64,000 nt of DNA, taken from an uncultured delta proteobacterium. GTDB taxonomy: Bacteria > Desulfobacterota > Binatia > Binatales > Binataceae. The stretch is taken from assembly GCA_963830715.1 (NCBI GenBank), contig CAWHNS010000001.1, forward strand, positions 70,192 through 134,191, in the 5' to 3' direction. The notes under the pieces were generated by a model that was not told the origin of the DNA, did no database searches, and saw only the letters and a program-made list of their open reading frames with translations. Made by a program: the position numbers and the translations under genes. Below are positions 52,261 to 60,457 of this stretch, one piece after another. Each line of letters starts with the position of its first letter. Position 1 is the first letter of the stretch.

Positions 52261-54941
52261 CTAGGGGAACGCGCCCGCCTTTAGAGCCAGCGCCAGCGTT
52301 GTCCAGCCGCCGACGTTCATAGCGGCCGGATCTGCGGGTACGGTGCCGGCCGCGACCAGCGTCTTGTCGCCGGCGGCCGCGCCGTAGTTGACGCCGTTGC
52401 TATACTGCCGCACTGGAATACGCCCGGTCAGGTCTGAGGGAAGAACAAAGCCCTGGTTGGCGGCGGTGAAGAATCCCACGTAGGTGTCGCCGCTGTGCGC
52501 GGTCGTGAACGAGCACAGCGTGGGAGCGGTGCTGCTGCCCGAGTTGCCGCAGAAGCCGTCTTCGGGCGCCGCCGGATCCACTCCCCGATAGACCAGCATC
52601 CCGCCCGCTTCATAGGGCGTGCTGCCGCTGAACGACCATTTGTAGATCGATCCTGAAGCCTCATTGTTGGCGAAGCGGTACCACACTGAGATTACGCCGT
52701 CGCCGGTGCGGACCGCAGAGTTCATCAACTGCCATCCCGAGGGCGGAGTTGCTGTTGCGTATACCCAGTAAGAATAGAACGCCAGCATCAGGTCGCCGTT
52801 CTGAACGTTGGACGGGAGGGTCTGGTTGGTGTTGCTGGCACTCGAAGCGCCGACAAATGCGATCGCCCCGGCGATCGGAGTAGGGCTTGGCGTCGGCGTT
52901 GGAGTAGGAGTCGCGACCGGTGTCGGAGTGGGCGTCGGTGTCGGAATCGGAGTGGGCGTCGGCGTCGGAACCGGAGTTGGAGTCGGCGATGGGGGGGGGG
53001 GGGTTGGCGTTGGAGTTGGGGTTGATGTCGGCGTCGCAGTTGGCGTGGGAGTCAGAGTAGGTGTTGGCGTCGGCGACGGGGTCGGCGTGCTGGTCGGGCT
53101 TGGCGTGGGGGTTGATGTCGGTGCCGGCGTCGGCGTCGTTGTCGGAGTAGCGGTGGGCGTCGGAGTCGGGGTCGGCGTTGGAGTCGCCGATGGGGTCGGA
53201 GTTGGCGTCGGAGTGGGAGTTGGCGTCGGAGTCGGGGTCGGCGTTGGAGTCGCCGATGGGGTCGGCGTGCTTGTCGGGGTCGGCGTAGGAGTGGGAGCAG
53301 GTGTCGGCGTCGCAGTTGGCGTGGGAGTCAGAGTAGGTGTTGGAGTCGCCGATGGGGTCGGAGTTGGCGTCGGAGTGGGAGTTGGCGTCGGCGTTACGGC
53401 TGGCGTCGATGTAGGAGTCGGTGTCGCGGTGGGGCTGGGTGTTGCGGTCGGGGTGCCCGCGGCCTTTAGAGCCAGTGCCAGCGTTGTCCAGCCGCCGACG
53501 TTCATAGCGGCCGGATCTGCGGGTACGGTGCCGGCCGCGACCAGCGTCTTGTCGCCGGCGGCCGCGCCGTAGTTGACGCCGTTGCTATACTGCCGCACTG
53601 GAATACGCCCGGTCAGGTCTGAGGGAAGAACAAAGCCCTGGTTGGCGGCGGTGAAGAATCCCACGTAGGTGTCGCCGCTGTGCGCGGTCGTGAACGAGCA
53701 CAGCGTGGGAGCGGTGCTGCTGCCCGAGTTGCCGCAGAAGCCGTCTTCGGGCGCCGCCGGATCCACTCCCCGATAGACCAGCATCCCGCCCGCTTCATAG
53801 GGCGTGCTGCCGCTGAACGACCATTTGTAGATCGATCCTGAGGCCTCATTGTTGGCGAAGCGGTACCACACTGAGATTACGCCGTCGCCGGTGCGGACCG
53901 CAGAGTTCAGCAACTGCCATCCCGAGGGCGGAGTTGCTGTTGCGTATACCCAGTAAGAATAGAACGCCAGCATCAGGTCGCCGTTCTGAACGTTGGACGG
54001 GAGGGTCTGGTTGGTGTTGCTGGCACTCGAAGCGCCGACAAATGCGATCGCCCCGGCGATCGGAGTAGGGCTTGGCGTCGGCGTTGGAGTAGGAGTCGCG
54101 ACCGGTGTCGGAGTGGGCGTCGGTGTCGGAATCGGAGTGGGCGTCGGCGTCGGAACCGGAGTGGGCGTCGGCGTCGGAACCAGAGTTGGAGTCGGCGTCT
54201 GAGTTGGAGTCGGCGTCTGAGTTGGAGTCGGCGTTGGAGTGCGTGTCGGCGTCGGGGTTGGCGTCCGGGTGGGGGTTGGAGTCGGAGTCCCGGCCGAGGT
54301 TGGAGTCGCCGATGCCGTCGGAGTAGGGGTCGCCGCGTTCGTGTTCAACTCGGCGGTATCGAGTGCGAAGTCGGTGCAGGTTCCGACGCAATTCGTAAGG
54401 CTGAAAATCACACTGGTGATGTTGGCGCCGGTCTGGTCGCGCACGCCGGCATAGAGAGCGTCGCCGTTCGAGTCGCTGGTTGCGGTGAAAGAACCAAGCG
54501 AGCTCGCGCCATTGAAGGCTTGGATCTGGGCCGTGAATTGACCCGGTCCGTCCGCCTGAATCAGGGCCCCGCGCCCGATATGGATTTGCCGAAACTCAGA
54601 GTCAGAGGCCCGTTGCCGCCGTTTGCGGCATCTGACGTCCAGATGAGGCTATCGCCGGCGGTGAACCCCGATCCGCTCCAACTGCACGAAGCCGCCGGGC
54701 ATACCACCGAGATGATGCTGTTGGGGCCGGCCAGCGTGACGGTGGCCGCCAGGCTTGCCGATGAAGTCACGCTCGCGCTGGATCCGAGGACAGTCAGGTT
54801 GGCGCCGAGTTGTGACCAGCTTATGGAATCGTTTGCGGACTGCCCGGCCTGGCTCGTCACAAAGACCAGGGAATCCGCGCTCGCATCACCGGCCGCGAGC
54901 AGGATTGCTACGACCAGAATGTGCAGCTTGTAGCGCTGCAC
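52261..54941 (-). CDS. secreted protein of unknown function: N-terminal unknown domain, then two near-identical ~205-aa unknown domains each preceded by a long (Pro-Thr)n linker; one frame break near the N-domain
   Basis: GTG 54941 gives the signal peptide [22 protein letters not shown]|D. The junction ..SISGAGP|(L)[16 protein letters not shown].. lies near 54559-54566 and joins ORFs 54561..55070 and 52261..54444. I cannot name either globular domain type. Confidence 0.7.
52278..52977. repeat. copy 1 of a 700-bp near-identical direct repeat (offset 1185 bp)
   Basis: Aligns base for base with 53463..54162. I saw only 3 substitutions (52289 c/t, one a/g in tgaAgcctc, one t/g giving Met/Leu in GWQL(M/L)NS). 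Confidence 0.9.
52978..53462 (-). repeat. coding low-complexity tract: (ACN-CCN)n Pro-Thr linker with an internal 66-bp periodicity and a G13 run (52991-53003)
   Basis: Translates [16 protein letters not shown].. The 66-bp unit recurs at 53161 and 53227. Confidence 0.85.
53463..54162. repeat. copy 2 of the 700-bp near-identical direct repeat
   Basis: See copy 1. Confidence 0.9.
54163..54335 (-). repeat. second (N-proximal) Pro-Thr linker-coding tract
   Basis: Translates ..[49 protein letters not shown].. Confidence 0.8.
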
Positions 54942-54976
54942 CCGCAGCGAGCCAGTCGCCGCTCGAACGCGAGGGC

Positions 54977-56166
54977 CTACATGCATACGGGCCCGGCGCC
55001 GCTGGTGAAATGGCCATTGTCGGAATACCAGCCGTTGACCCCGATCGAGGGCGACTGGCGAAAGAACCACGAGAAGAAAGCCAGTTCCTGCAAGTGGTAT
55101 GAATACCCATTAGGCATCGTAACCGCGGGAAGCACCGTGCCGGTCAGCGGATCTCCAACTTCGAGGTTGCCCTGACAGCCACTGACCTGGCCGACATGGC
55201 CCCAGGCGGGCGTTGCATTGCCGCCGAGCGGGTCGTCCATCCATTCCGCCACCTCGTGGCTCATCGCGGCGGTGTCTCTGAAGAGCCGAAAATTCCGGTG
55301 GTATCGAAATCGACGGGCGCGTAGAACTGGTAGGGGTATCCGAACGCGGCGTGATAGCCAATGATGCAGCAGTTTCCGCTCAGCGACGGCGTGCCGTAGG
55401 TCATGACCACATCGTGAAGCACGAAGACGGGGAAGATGGTCGGCCCGACGCCTTGCGAGGAAAGTGCGGGAATGAGCGTGCCTTCCAGGTAGGAGTCGAA
55501 CCAGCCTATGTCGATTACCCCTATGTTGCCGCATCCTCCGTAAGGACTACTACTATTGGTGGAGCCGCTGCCCGACGGCACATTTACAGTCACCGGCGCA
55601 AGAGTAGTAATCGGACTGAGTACCGTATGATAGCTACTTCCGGCGACTGATACGTGGGTCCAGAAATTGGCGCGCTGGAAAGCATCGACGTACTGGGTGG
55701 TGCCCATGCTGGTGCCGCCGAAGGTGAAGCTGGTCGCGGTCAGCAGCGGCGATTGTTGCACCAGGGTAATTGCGCTGGAGGATGTGCAACCATCGGACAC
55801 GGTCGGGTCGAACACGCCCCCATCCGGCATGTTGATCGCCAGCGGAACGACGACCGCGCCGACGTTCGTGGTCCTGGCTCCATGGAAGAACGGGCTGCGG
55901 CCAACCATCGTGCCCGAGTAGGAATTGCCGTCCAGAGGTGAGGTAACGGTGAAATTCCACAGCGGGACGGTGCCGCTGCTCGACGCGGTGCCGAAGCTCT
56001 GTGCCATCGGAGACGTCGAAGAACCGAGATCCTCTCTCAGCGGCGCGAAGGTAAAATATCCGGGCGGCGGCTTCAGCAGGGTGGCTTGCTGGCCGAACCC
56101 CGCGGCCGCGGTGGCGCAAAGGCCGACGATAGCGCCCAAAAACGCCCACCCGGGTTTGCCGCTCAT
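54977..56166 (-). CDS. secreted protein of unknown function (about 395 aa); one frame break in this sequence
   Basis: ATG 56166 lies 6 nt after GAAGGAAG. Signal peptide MSGKPGWAFLGAIVGLCATAAAGFG. The junction ..TTGIFGSS|(E)DTAAMSHEVAEWMDDP.. lies near 55273-55287 and joins ORFs 55261..56193 and 54977..55534. Conserved-looking blocks are CCIIGYHAA, SHEVAEWMDDP and LQELAFFSWF. Confidence 0.6.
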
Positions 56167-56228
56167 CAAAAGCTTCCTTCTATTCGACCACACTGGGAGT
56201 TCCTGGGCGGGGCCAGCCTAATGGCAGG

Positions 56229-56251
56229 AATATATTACAGGCTGATATATT
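56229..56251. promoter_or_regulatory. AT-only perfect palindrome AATATAT-N9-ATATATT in the 145-nt gap upstream of the secreted-protein gene
   Basis: Read directly. It is the only AT-rich patch in this region, and on the minus strand it offers TAATAT-type -10 hexamers. Confidence 0.35.
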
Positions 56252-56338
56252 AGTTTGGGCGCGAGTTGGAAGCAATGCCAGAAATGCGTAAGAGGGCGCT
56301 TTGCGCCGCGCGGCGTCTGGGGAAAAGACCGGGGCCGA

Positions 56339-57725
56339 TCAGTGAGGGCAGACGGGAGCGATCCATGATGGCCGTGAAAGCATTTGCGGATAGCGGAGCG
56401 CGCCCGGCACGTTGATCGCGGCGCCACTCAGGAGGAAGAGCGCGAGCGCGGCACGCGTCGATCGGCCGCCGGCGTTCCATGCGACCGCAACCGCGAGAGC
56501 CATCCAGGGAAGAAACGGCACCCAGTAGCGCGGGCCATAGCAGTAACCGGGTCCAAAGCCTGGCCGCAGCTACGACGGTGGCAAAGAGGACGAGAGGAAT
56601 CACCATGTGACGCGCCAGGCCCGCGCCATTCCGGCTGTCGGGGCGCGAATGCAGCAGCGCAAGGGGCGCAAAGATCACCCACGGTGCGAAAAAAAGCAGG
56701 CCGTGCTCGGGCTCCAGGAAGGTTTCGTAGAGCGAGCTCAGGTTGTGCGCCAGCGCCGTGCCGCTCACGAGGTTGCCGGAAATGATCGGCGTGCGCGCCA
56801 ACCAATAGTTGAACCCGATCAGGCCCGCGGCACAGATGGCCAGCGCGGCGCTCATCATTCCCGCCTGACGCCAGCGGCGGTCCCATAGCGTCTCCAGCAC
56901 GAAGCCCGCGCCGACTACGGCGTAGGGCGGCTTCAAGATTGCTGCGGCTGCGGCGGCGAGGGCCGCCAGCAGGAAGCGCTCTTCCTCCATCGCCCACAGA
57001 GCGAGAATCAAGGTCAGCCCGATCACCGGCTCGGAGTAATACGATCGCGCATACGGCAGCCATGGACTGGCCAGTGCGAGGATTGCCACGCCCACGACGG
57101 AGCCGGCGCGGCTCATGCCGGCGCGACGCGCCGCCACGAAAGCCACGATGCACGTAACCCACGAAATGAGGACCATCGCCACACTTGCCTCGCCCTCCAC
57201 GTCTTCAATCGACGGGCGAAAAGGCGCGATGAGCGCCGCAAGCAGGGCGGGATAGGCCACCGGATGGGCCGACACTTCGTACAGGTCGGGTGAGGGCTTG
57301 AGCAGAGTGGCCTCCGCCGGGCTGATGAGTGCCGGGTCGCCCTTGTGCAGATCCATCCAGGTTGCGTGCGCTCCGGTCCGCCGATTGACGATGATCGTAT
57401 GATGATAAAGGTTAATCCCGCGGCAGAGGACGCCCGCTTCCAGGCCTGAATTGCCGACTCGCTCGTAGTCATCCTGCAACTCAAGATCATGGTCGAACAG
57501 GATGCTGTTCACGACCATGAGGTAGTGCGGCTCGTCGCCCTTCATTGCCATTGCCGGAACAATTCTCAAGTGCCGTCCTGGGACATGCGTGCCGTGAACA
57601 TACATTCCGCACTCCAGCCAGAGGTGGGTCACTCCCCACATCGCGGCCAACAGCAGGAGGAAGAACAGAATCAATCCCGCCCGGCGCAACGATTCGGCTA
57701 CAGCTTCCGTCAACGGCAACTCCAT
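56339..57725 (-). CDS. polytopic membrane protein, GT-C-fold glycosyltransferase-like (family not identified); one frame break near the 3' end
   Basis: About 10 or more hydrophobic segments. The first extracytoplasmic loop carries KGDEPHYLMVVNSILFDHDLELQDDY (an acidic DE..Y motif as in ArnT/PMT-type enzymes). The junction ..VVAAA|(x)FGPGYCYGPRYWVPFLPW.. lies near 56555-56566 and joins ORFs 56250..57725 and 56339..56521. Confidence 0.55.
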
Positions 57726-57804
57726 GCACTGCGGGTCGTTTCTATCAACACGGTTACGGAACTAAAATAGGCGCGCTCGCACTTGCGGAGTGGAGGATGC
57801 AGCG

Positions 57805-59016
57805 ATGTTGAGAAAGACGATTCTCGTCCTGGCGATTTCGCTGGCGCTCTCCGGCGCCCGCGCTCGTGCTGCCGACACCGAAGCGATTGGTACGCGCGTA
57901 TCGCTCTTCGATCCTCGATTCGAGGCGGCCGCCTTCCGCCATCTCGACCGGCTCTACCCGAGCCACAAAATCTCGCGGTCGGGGCCGGTGTCCGAGATTC
58001 CCCGCGCGCAGTCGCAGCTCGGCGCGGTCCGCTACCGATGGAAAGGCGGGGAGCGAACCCTCGACGACCTTCTGGCGCGCAGCAAAACCACGGGTTTCCT
58101 CGTCATCAAAGACGGACGCATCGTGATGGAGCGCTACTTCGGCGGCGCGAGCGATACTTCGACCTTCACCTCCTGGTCGGTGGGGAAGTCGTTCACCTCC
58201 ACGCTGCTGGGACTGGCGATTTCGGATGGCAGGATCGCCGGCGTCAACGATCCGGTCACGAAATACCTTCCCGAATTGAGAGGCTCCGGATACGACGGCG
58301 TGCCGATCAAGGACATCCTGCAGATGTCGTCCGGGGTCGAGTTCAACGAGGAATATACCAATACCGAATCAGACGTAAACCGGATGTGGACACAATGCAT
58401 GGCGCGAAACGCTTCCACCCTGAATGATTTTCTCAAGACGATAGGTCGCGAGGAAAAGCCGGGGACCAAGTTCGTGTATCGGAGCGCCGACACCCAGGTC
58501 CTCGGATGGCTCGTCAGGCGCGTGACCGGCGAGACGCTCGCCGACGCTCTCACGCGCCGGATATGGGGAAAACTCGGGATGGAGCACGACGCCACCTGGC
58601 TTACCGATCGGCCGGGGCCGGACGGGATGGAGGCGGCATTCTGCTGCATCAACGCGACGCTTCGCGATTACGGCCGTTTCGGCCTGCTGTTCCTCAACCG
58701 GGGCAACTGGAACGGGAAGCAGATCGTGCCCGCATCATGGATCGAGCAGGCGACAGTCCCCAGTTCGCCGCAGGTGCAGCCGGGCAAGCTCTACAAGGGA
58801 GATCCGCAAGGCTACGGGTATCAATGGTGGACGTTTCCCGGCCCGAATCGCGCTTTCTCGGCTGAGGGAATCTGCTTCCAGTTCATCTATGTCAATCCCG
58901 GCCGCAAGCTCGTGATCGTCAAGAACAGCGCATATCCGCAGCCGTGGGACGTCCAACTCGAGATCGAGCAGTTCGCCGCGTTCCAGGCGATCGCGCGGAC
59001 TCTGGAAAGTCGCTGA
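57805..59016 (+). CDS. secreted serine hydrolase of the beta-lactamase/class C-related family
   Basis: Signal peptide and SxxK motif (WSVGKS). ATG 57805 lies 8 nt after GGAGG. Confidence 0.85.
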   Translation: MLRKTILVLAISLALSGARARAADTEAIGTRVSLFDPRFEAAAFRHLDRLYPSHKISRSGPVSEIPRAQSQLGAVRYRWKGGERTLDDLLARSKTTGFLVIKDGRIVMERYFGGASDTSTFTSWSVGKSFTSTLLGLAISDGRIAGVNDPVTKYLPELRGSGYDGVPIKDILQMSSGVEFNEEYTNTESDVNRMWTQCMARNASTLNDFLKTIGREEKPGTKFVYRSADTQVLGWLVRRVTGETLADALTRRIWGKLGMEHDATWLTDRPGPDGMEAAFCCINATLRDYGRFGLLFLNRGNWNGKQIVPASWIEQATVPSSPQVQPGKLYKGDPQGYGYQWWTFPGPNRAFSAEGICFQFIYVNPGRKLVIVKNSAYPQPWDVQLEIEQFAAFQAIARTLESR

Positions 59017-59055
59017 AAAATTATCGAATTGGCGAACGATCCAGCGCGCGCGACG

Positions 59056-59627
59056 CTAGCTCGTGCGATCGGACGGGCCGATTTCCAGACTTACGCGCAT
59101 CGTGCCGGACTCATAGGAATCGCGTACTCGAAAGCCGCTGTTCGCGAATACTTCCAGCATCTGCGTGTTGCTGCCCATGACGTATGCGACGAATTCCGTG
59201 ATCCCGCCGGTTCGCGCGATCCGCGCGAGATGTTTCAGCAGCAGGGTGCCGACGCCCTGTCCCTGGTAGTCGTCGAGCACCGCGAACGCAACTTCAGCTC
59301 GATCCGGCGCGTCCCACCGCACGTAGCGTCCGACGCCGATAAATTGCTCGTCGCGCTCTCGCGCCCCGCGACCGTCGCCACCAGACCGACATGATTTACG
59401 AAGTCGAGCTCGGTGAAGCGGCGCAGATCCTGGTCGTCGAGCGACCGCTTGAGGCCGAAGAATCGATAGTAGACGGAGCGCGGGCTCAGGTGCGCGAAGT
59501 GTTCGAGCAGCCGTTGCTTGTCGTCGGGACGGATCGCGCGAATCCGTATCGGCCTGCCGTCACGCATCACTTCGCCGGCTGCATAGCTCGCCGCGGCTGG
59601 CACCGTGGTTTGTCCTGAATCCGGCAT
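59056..59627 (-). CDS. GNAT acetyltransferase (Pat-type C-terminal-domain-like); one frame break in this sequence
   Basis: ..IRIRAIRPDDKQRLLEHFAHLSPRSVYYRFF.. and ..DDYQGQGVGTLLL.. The junction ..VAGR(E)|ERDEQFIGVGRYV.. lies near 59356-59362 and joins ORFs 59235..59627 and 59056..59322. Confidence 0.75.
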
Positions 59628-59651
59628 AACGCTCGATTGAGACGCAGATCA

Positions 59652-59680
59652 GAGGATCGGCGCGCATGCACCCGATCCTC
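59652..59680. promoter_or_regulatory. perfect 9-bp inverted repeat GAGGATCGG-N11-CCGATCCTC, 25 nt upstream of the GNAT start
   Basis: Read directly. The loop contains GCATGC. Operator or hairpin candidate. Confidence 0.35.
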
Positions 59681-59734
59681 GACCAACATAGCGGGTTGAG
59701 ATTCCTGACGCAGCCGGGCCGATCGTGCTTTTGG

Positions 59735-59772
59735 AAGTTAGCGGTATTGCGGGTCAGCAAACAAAAGTTAGC
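59735..59772 (+). promoter_or_regulatory. direct repeat AAGTTAGC(G/A)G x2 exactly 30 bp apart, about 75 and 105 bp upstream of the sigma54-type element; candidate enhancer (bEBP) sites
   Basis: The 8-mer occurs at 59735-59742 and 59765-59772. The palindrome GCTAC-aataa-GTAGC follows at 59792-59806. Confidence 0.3.
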
Positions 59773-59837
59773 AGTTTCGACGGTCTCCTGAGGCTACAAT
59801 AAGTAGCAAAACTCAATGATTTGTTGACAGACTTGTC

Positions 59838-59853
59838 TGGCATCAGGTTTGCC
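59838..59853 (+). promoter_or_regulatory. sigma54 (RpoN) -24/-12 promoter candidate
   Basis: cTGGCATcaggtTTGCc has GG and GC at the canonical spacing of the TGGCAC-N5-TTGC consensus. It lies 72 nt upstream of ATG 59925 inside an AT-rich gap. Confidence 0.5.
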
Positions 59854-59924
59854 ATAGTCATTCTGCGAGAACGCGGTTCGCAGAAGAGGAATCGGAGAAA
59901 GGAAAGGACGGAGCTGAGACGACA

Positions 59925-60176
59925 ATGACGTACATCGCTTTTTTCAGAGACGGAACGACGACCCAGGTTGACGCATTCTGCTACACGGAAGCGTGTGAGC
60001 TCGTTCACCGCAGCTCGCATAAACAGGCGGTCAGCATCCGTCCCGCGGGACTGCGGGATCTTGCATATCGGAGTTCGGAGCAGGTCGCAGACGAGGCCCG
60101 GAGCGTCCTTCCACCCAGGACATTGCGCGGAATGATTTGCAAGGAAGTCGTGGAAGTGGGCCTTCAGGCGGCATAG
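59925..60176 (+). CDS. small hypothetical protein (83 aa)
   Basis: It is the only ORF downstream of the sigma54-type element. The RBS is weak (GGACGGAG, 11 nt upstream) and I recognise no motif. Confidence 0.35.
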   Translation: MTYIAFFRDGTTTQVDAFCYTEACELVHRSSHKQAVSIRPAGLRDLAYRSSEQVADEARSVLPPRTLRGMICKEVVEVGLQAA

Positions 60177-60264
60177 CCATAGCTGATTCCCACCGGTTCA
60201 ACCCTCAACCCTCGGCGTCCGCGGCTTCCGCTGCCGGACCCAATCTGCGATTTCGGACTCCAAA

Positions 60265-60352
60265 CGGCCCGACGACCGGCGCCCCGGCTCGCCGGGGGCA
60301 GGTAGTTCGGTCCCATCGCTGGGACCGGCAACCGACTATCGCGACAAGCCCC
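60265..60352 (+). repeat. degenerate copy of the phaC leader plus first ~9 codons (start codon lost)
   Basis: Hand alignment to 61540..61634 gives about 77 matches over about 100 columns, including ACGACCGGCGCCCC, GGCTCGCC, GGGACC, GGCAACCG and CTATCGCGA.AAGCCCC. Confidence 0.7.
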
Positions 60353-60391
60353 TCCAGCCGCGATCGCCGAACGGCAGCGCCGCGTGCGACA

Positions 60392-60418
60392 TTGACAAAC
60401 CTGCCGGACGTGCATAAT
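60392..60418 (+). promoter_or_regulatory. sigma70-type promoter candidate for the methyltransferase gene
   Basis: TTGACA (60392-60397), a 15-nt spacer, then CATAAT (60413-60418), followed by an A7 run, 40 nt upstream of ATG 60458. Confidence 0.4.
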
Positions 60419-60457
60419 TGAAAAAAACTGCCTGAGAAGCTGAATCAGGAGATTGCC

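Noticed and set aside
52978-53462. Regular short-period repeats as a CRISPR-like array.
   Set aside because: The periodicity is 6 nt (Pro-Thr codons) with a 66-nt super-period inside an ORF. There is no repeat-spacer architecture and there are no cas genes.
52808-53572. 254-aa (Gly-Val)n ORF on the plus strand, and a shorter one at 53993..54202.
   Set aside because: It is the reverse-complement reading of the Pro-Thr linker codons of the minus-strand gene, which has a signal peptide and globular domains.
52278-54162. Near-identical repeats as a diversity-generating retroelement TR/VR pair.
   Set aside because: The repeats are 700 bp, far longer than a TR/VR pair. The three differences are not adenine-specific. 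Both copies are coding parts of the same protein, and no reverse transcriptase is nearby.
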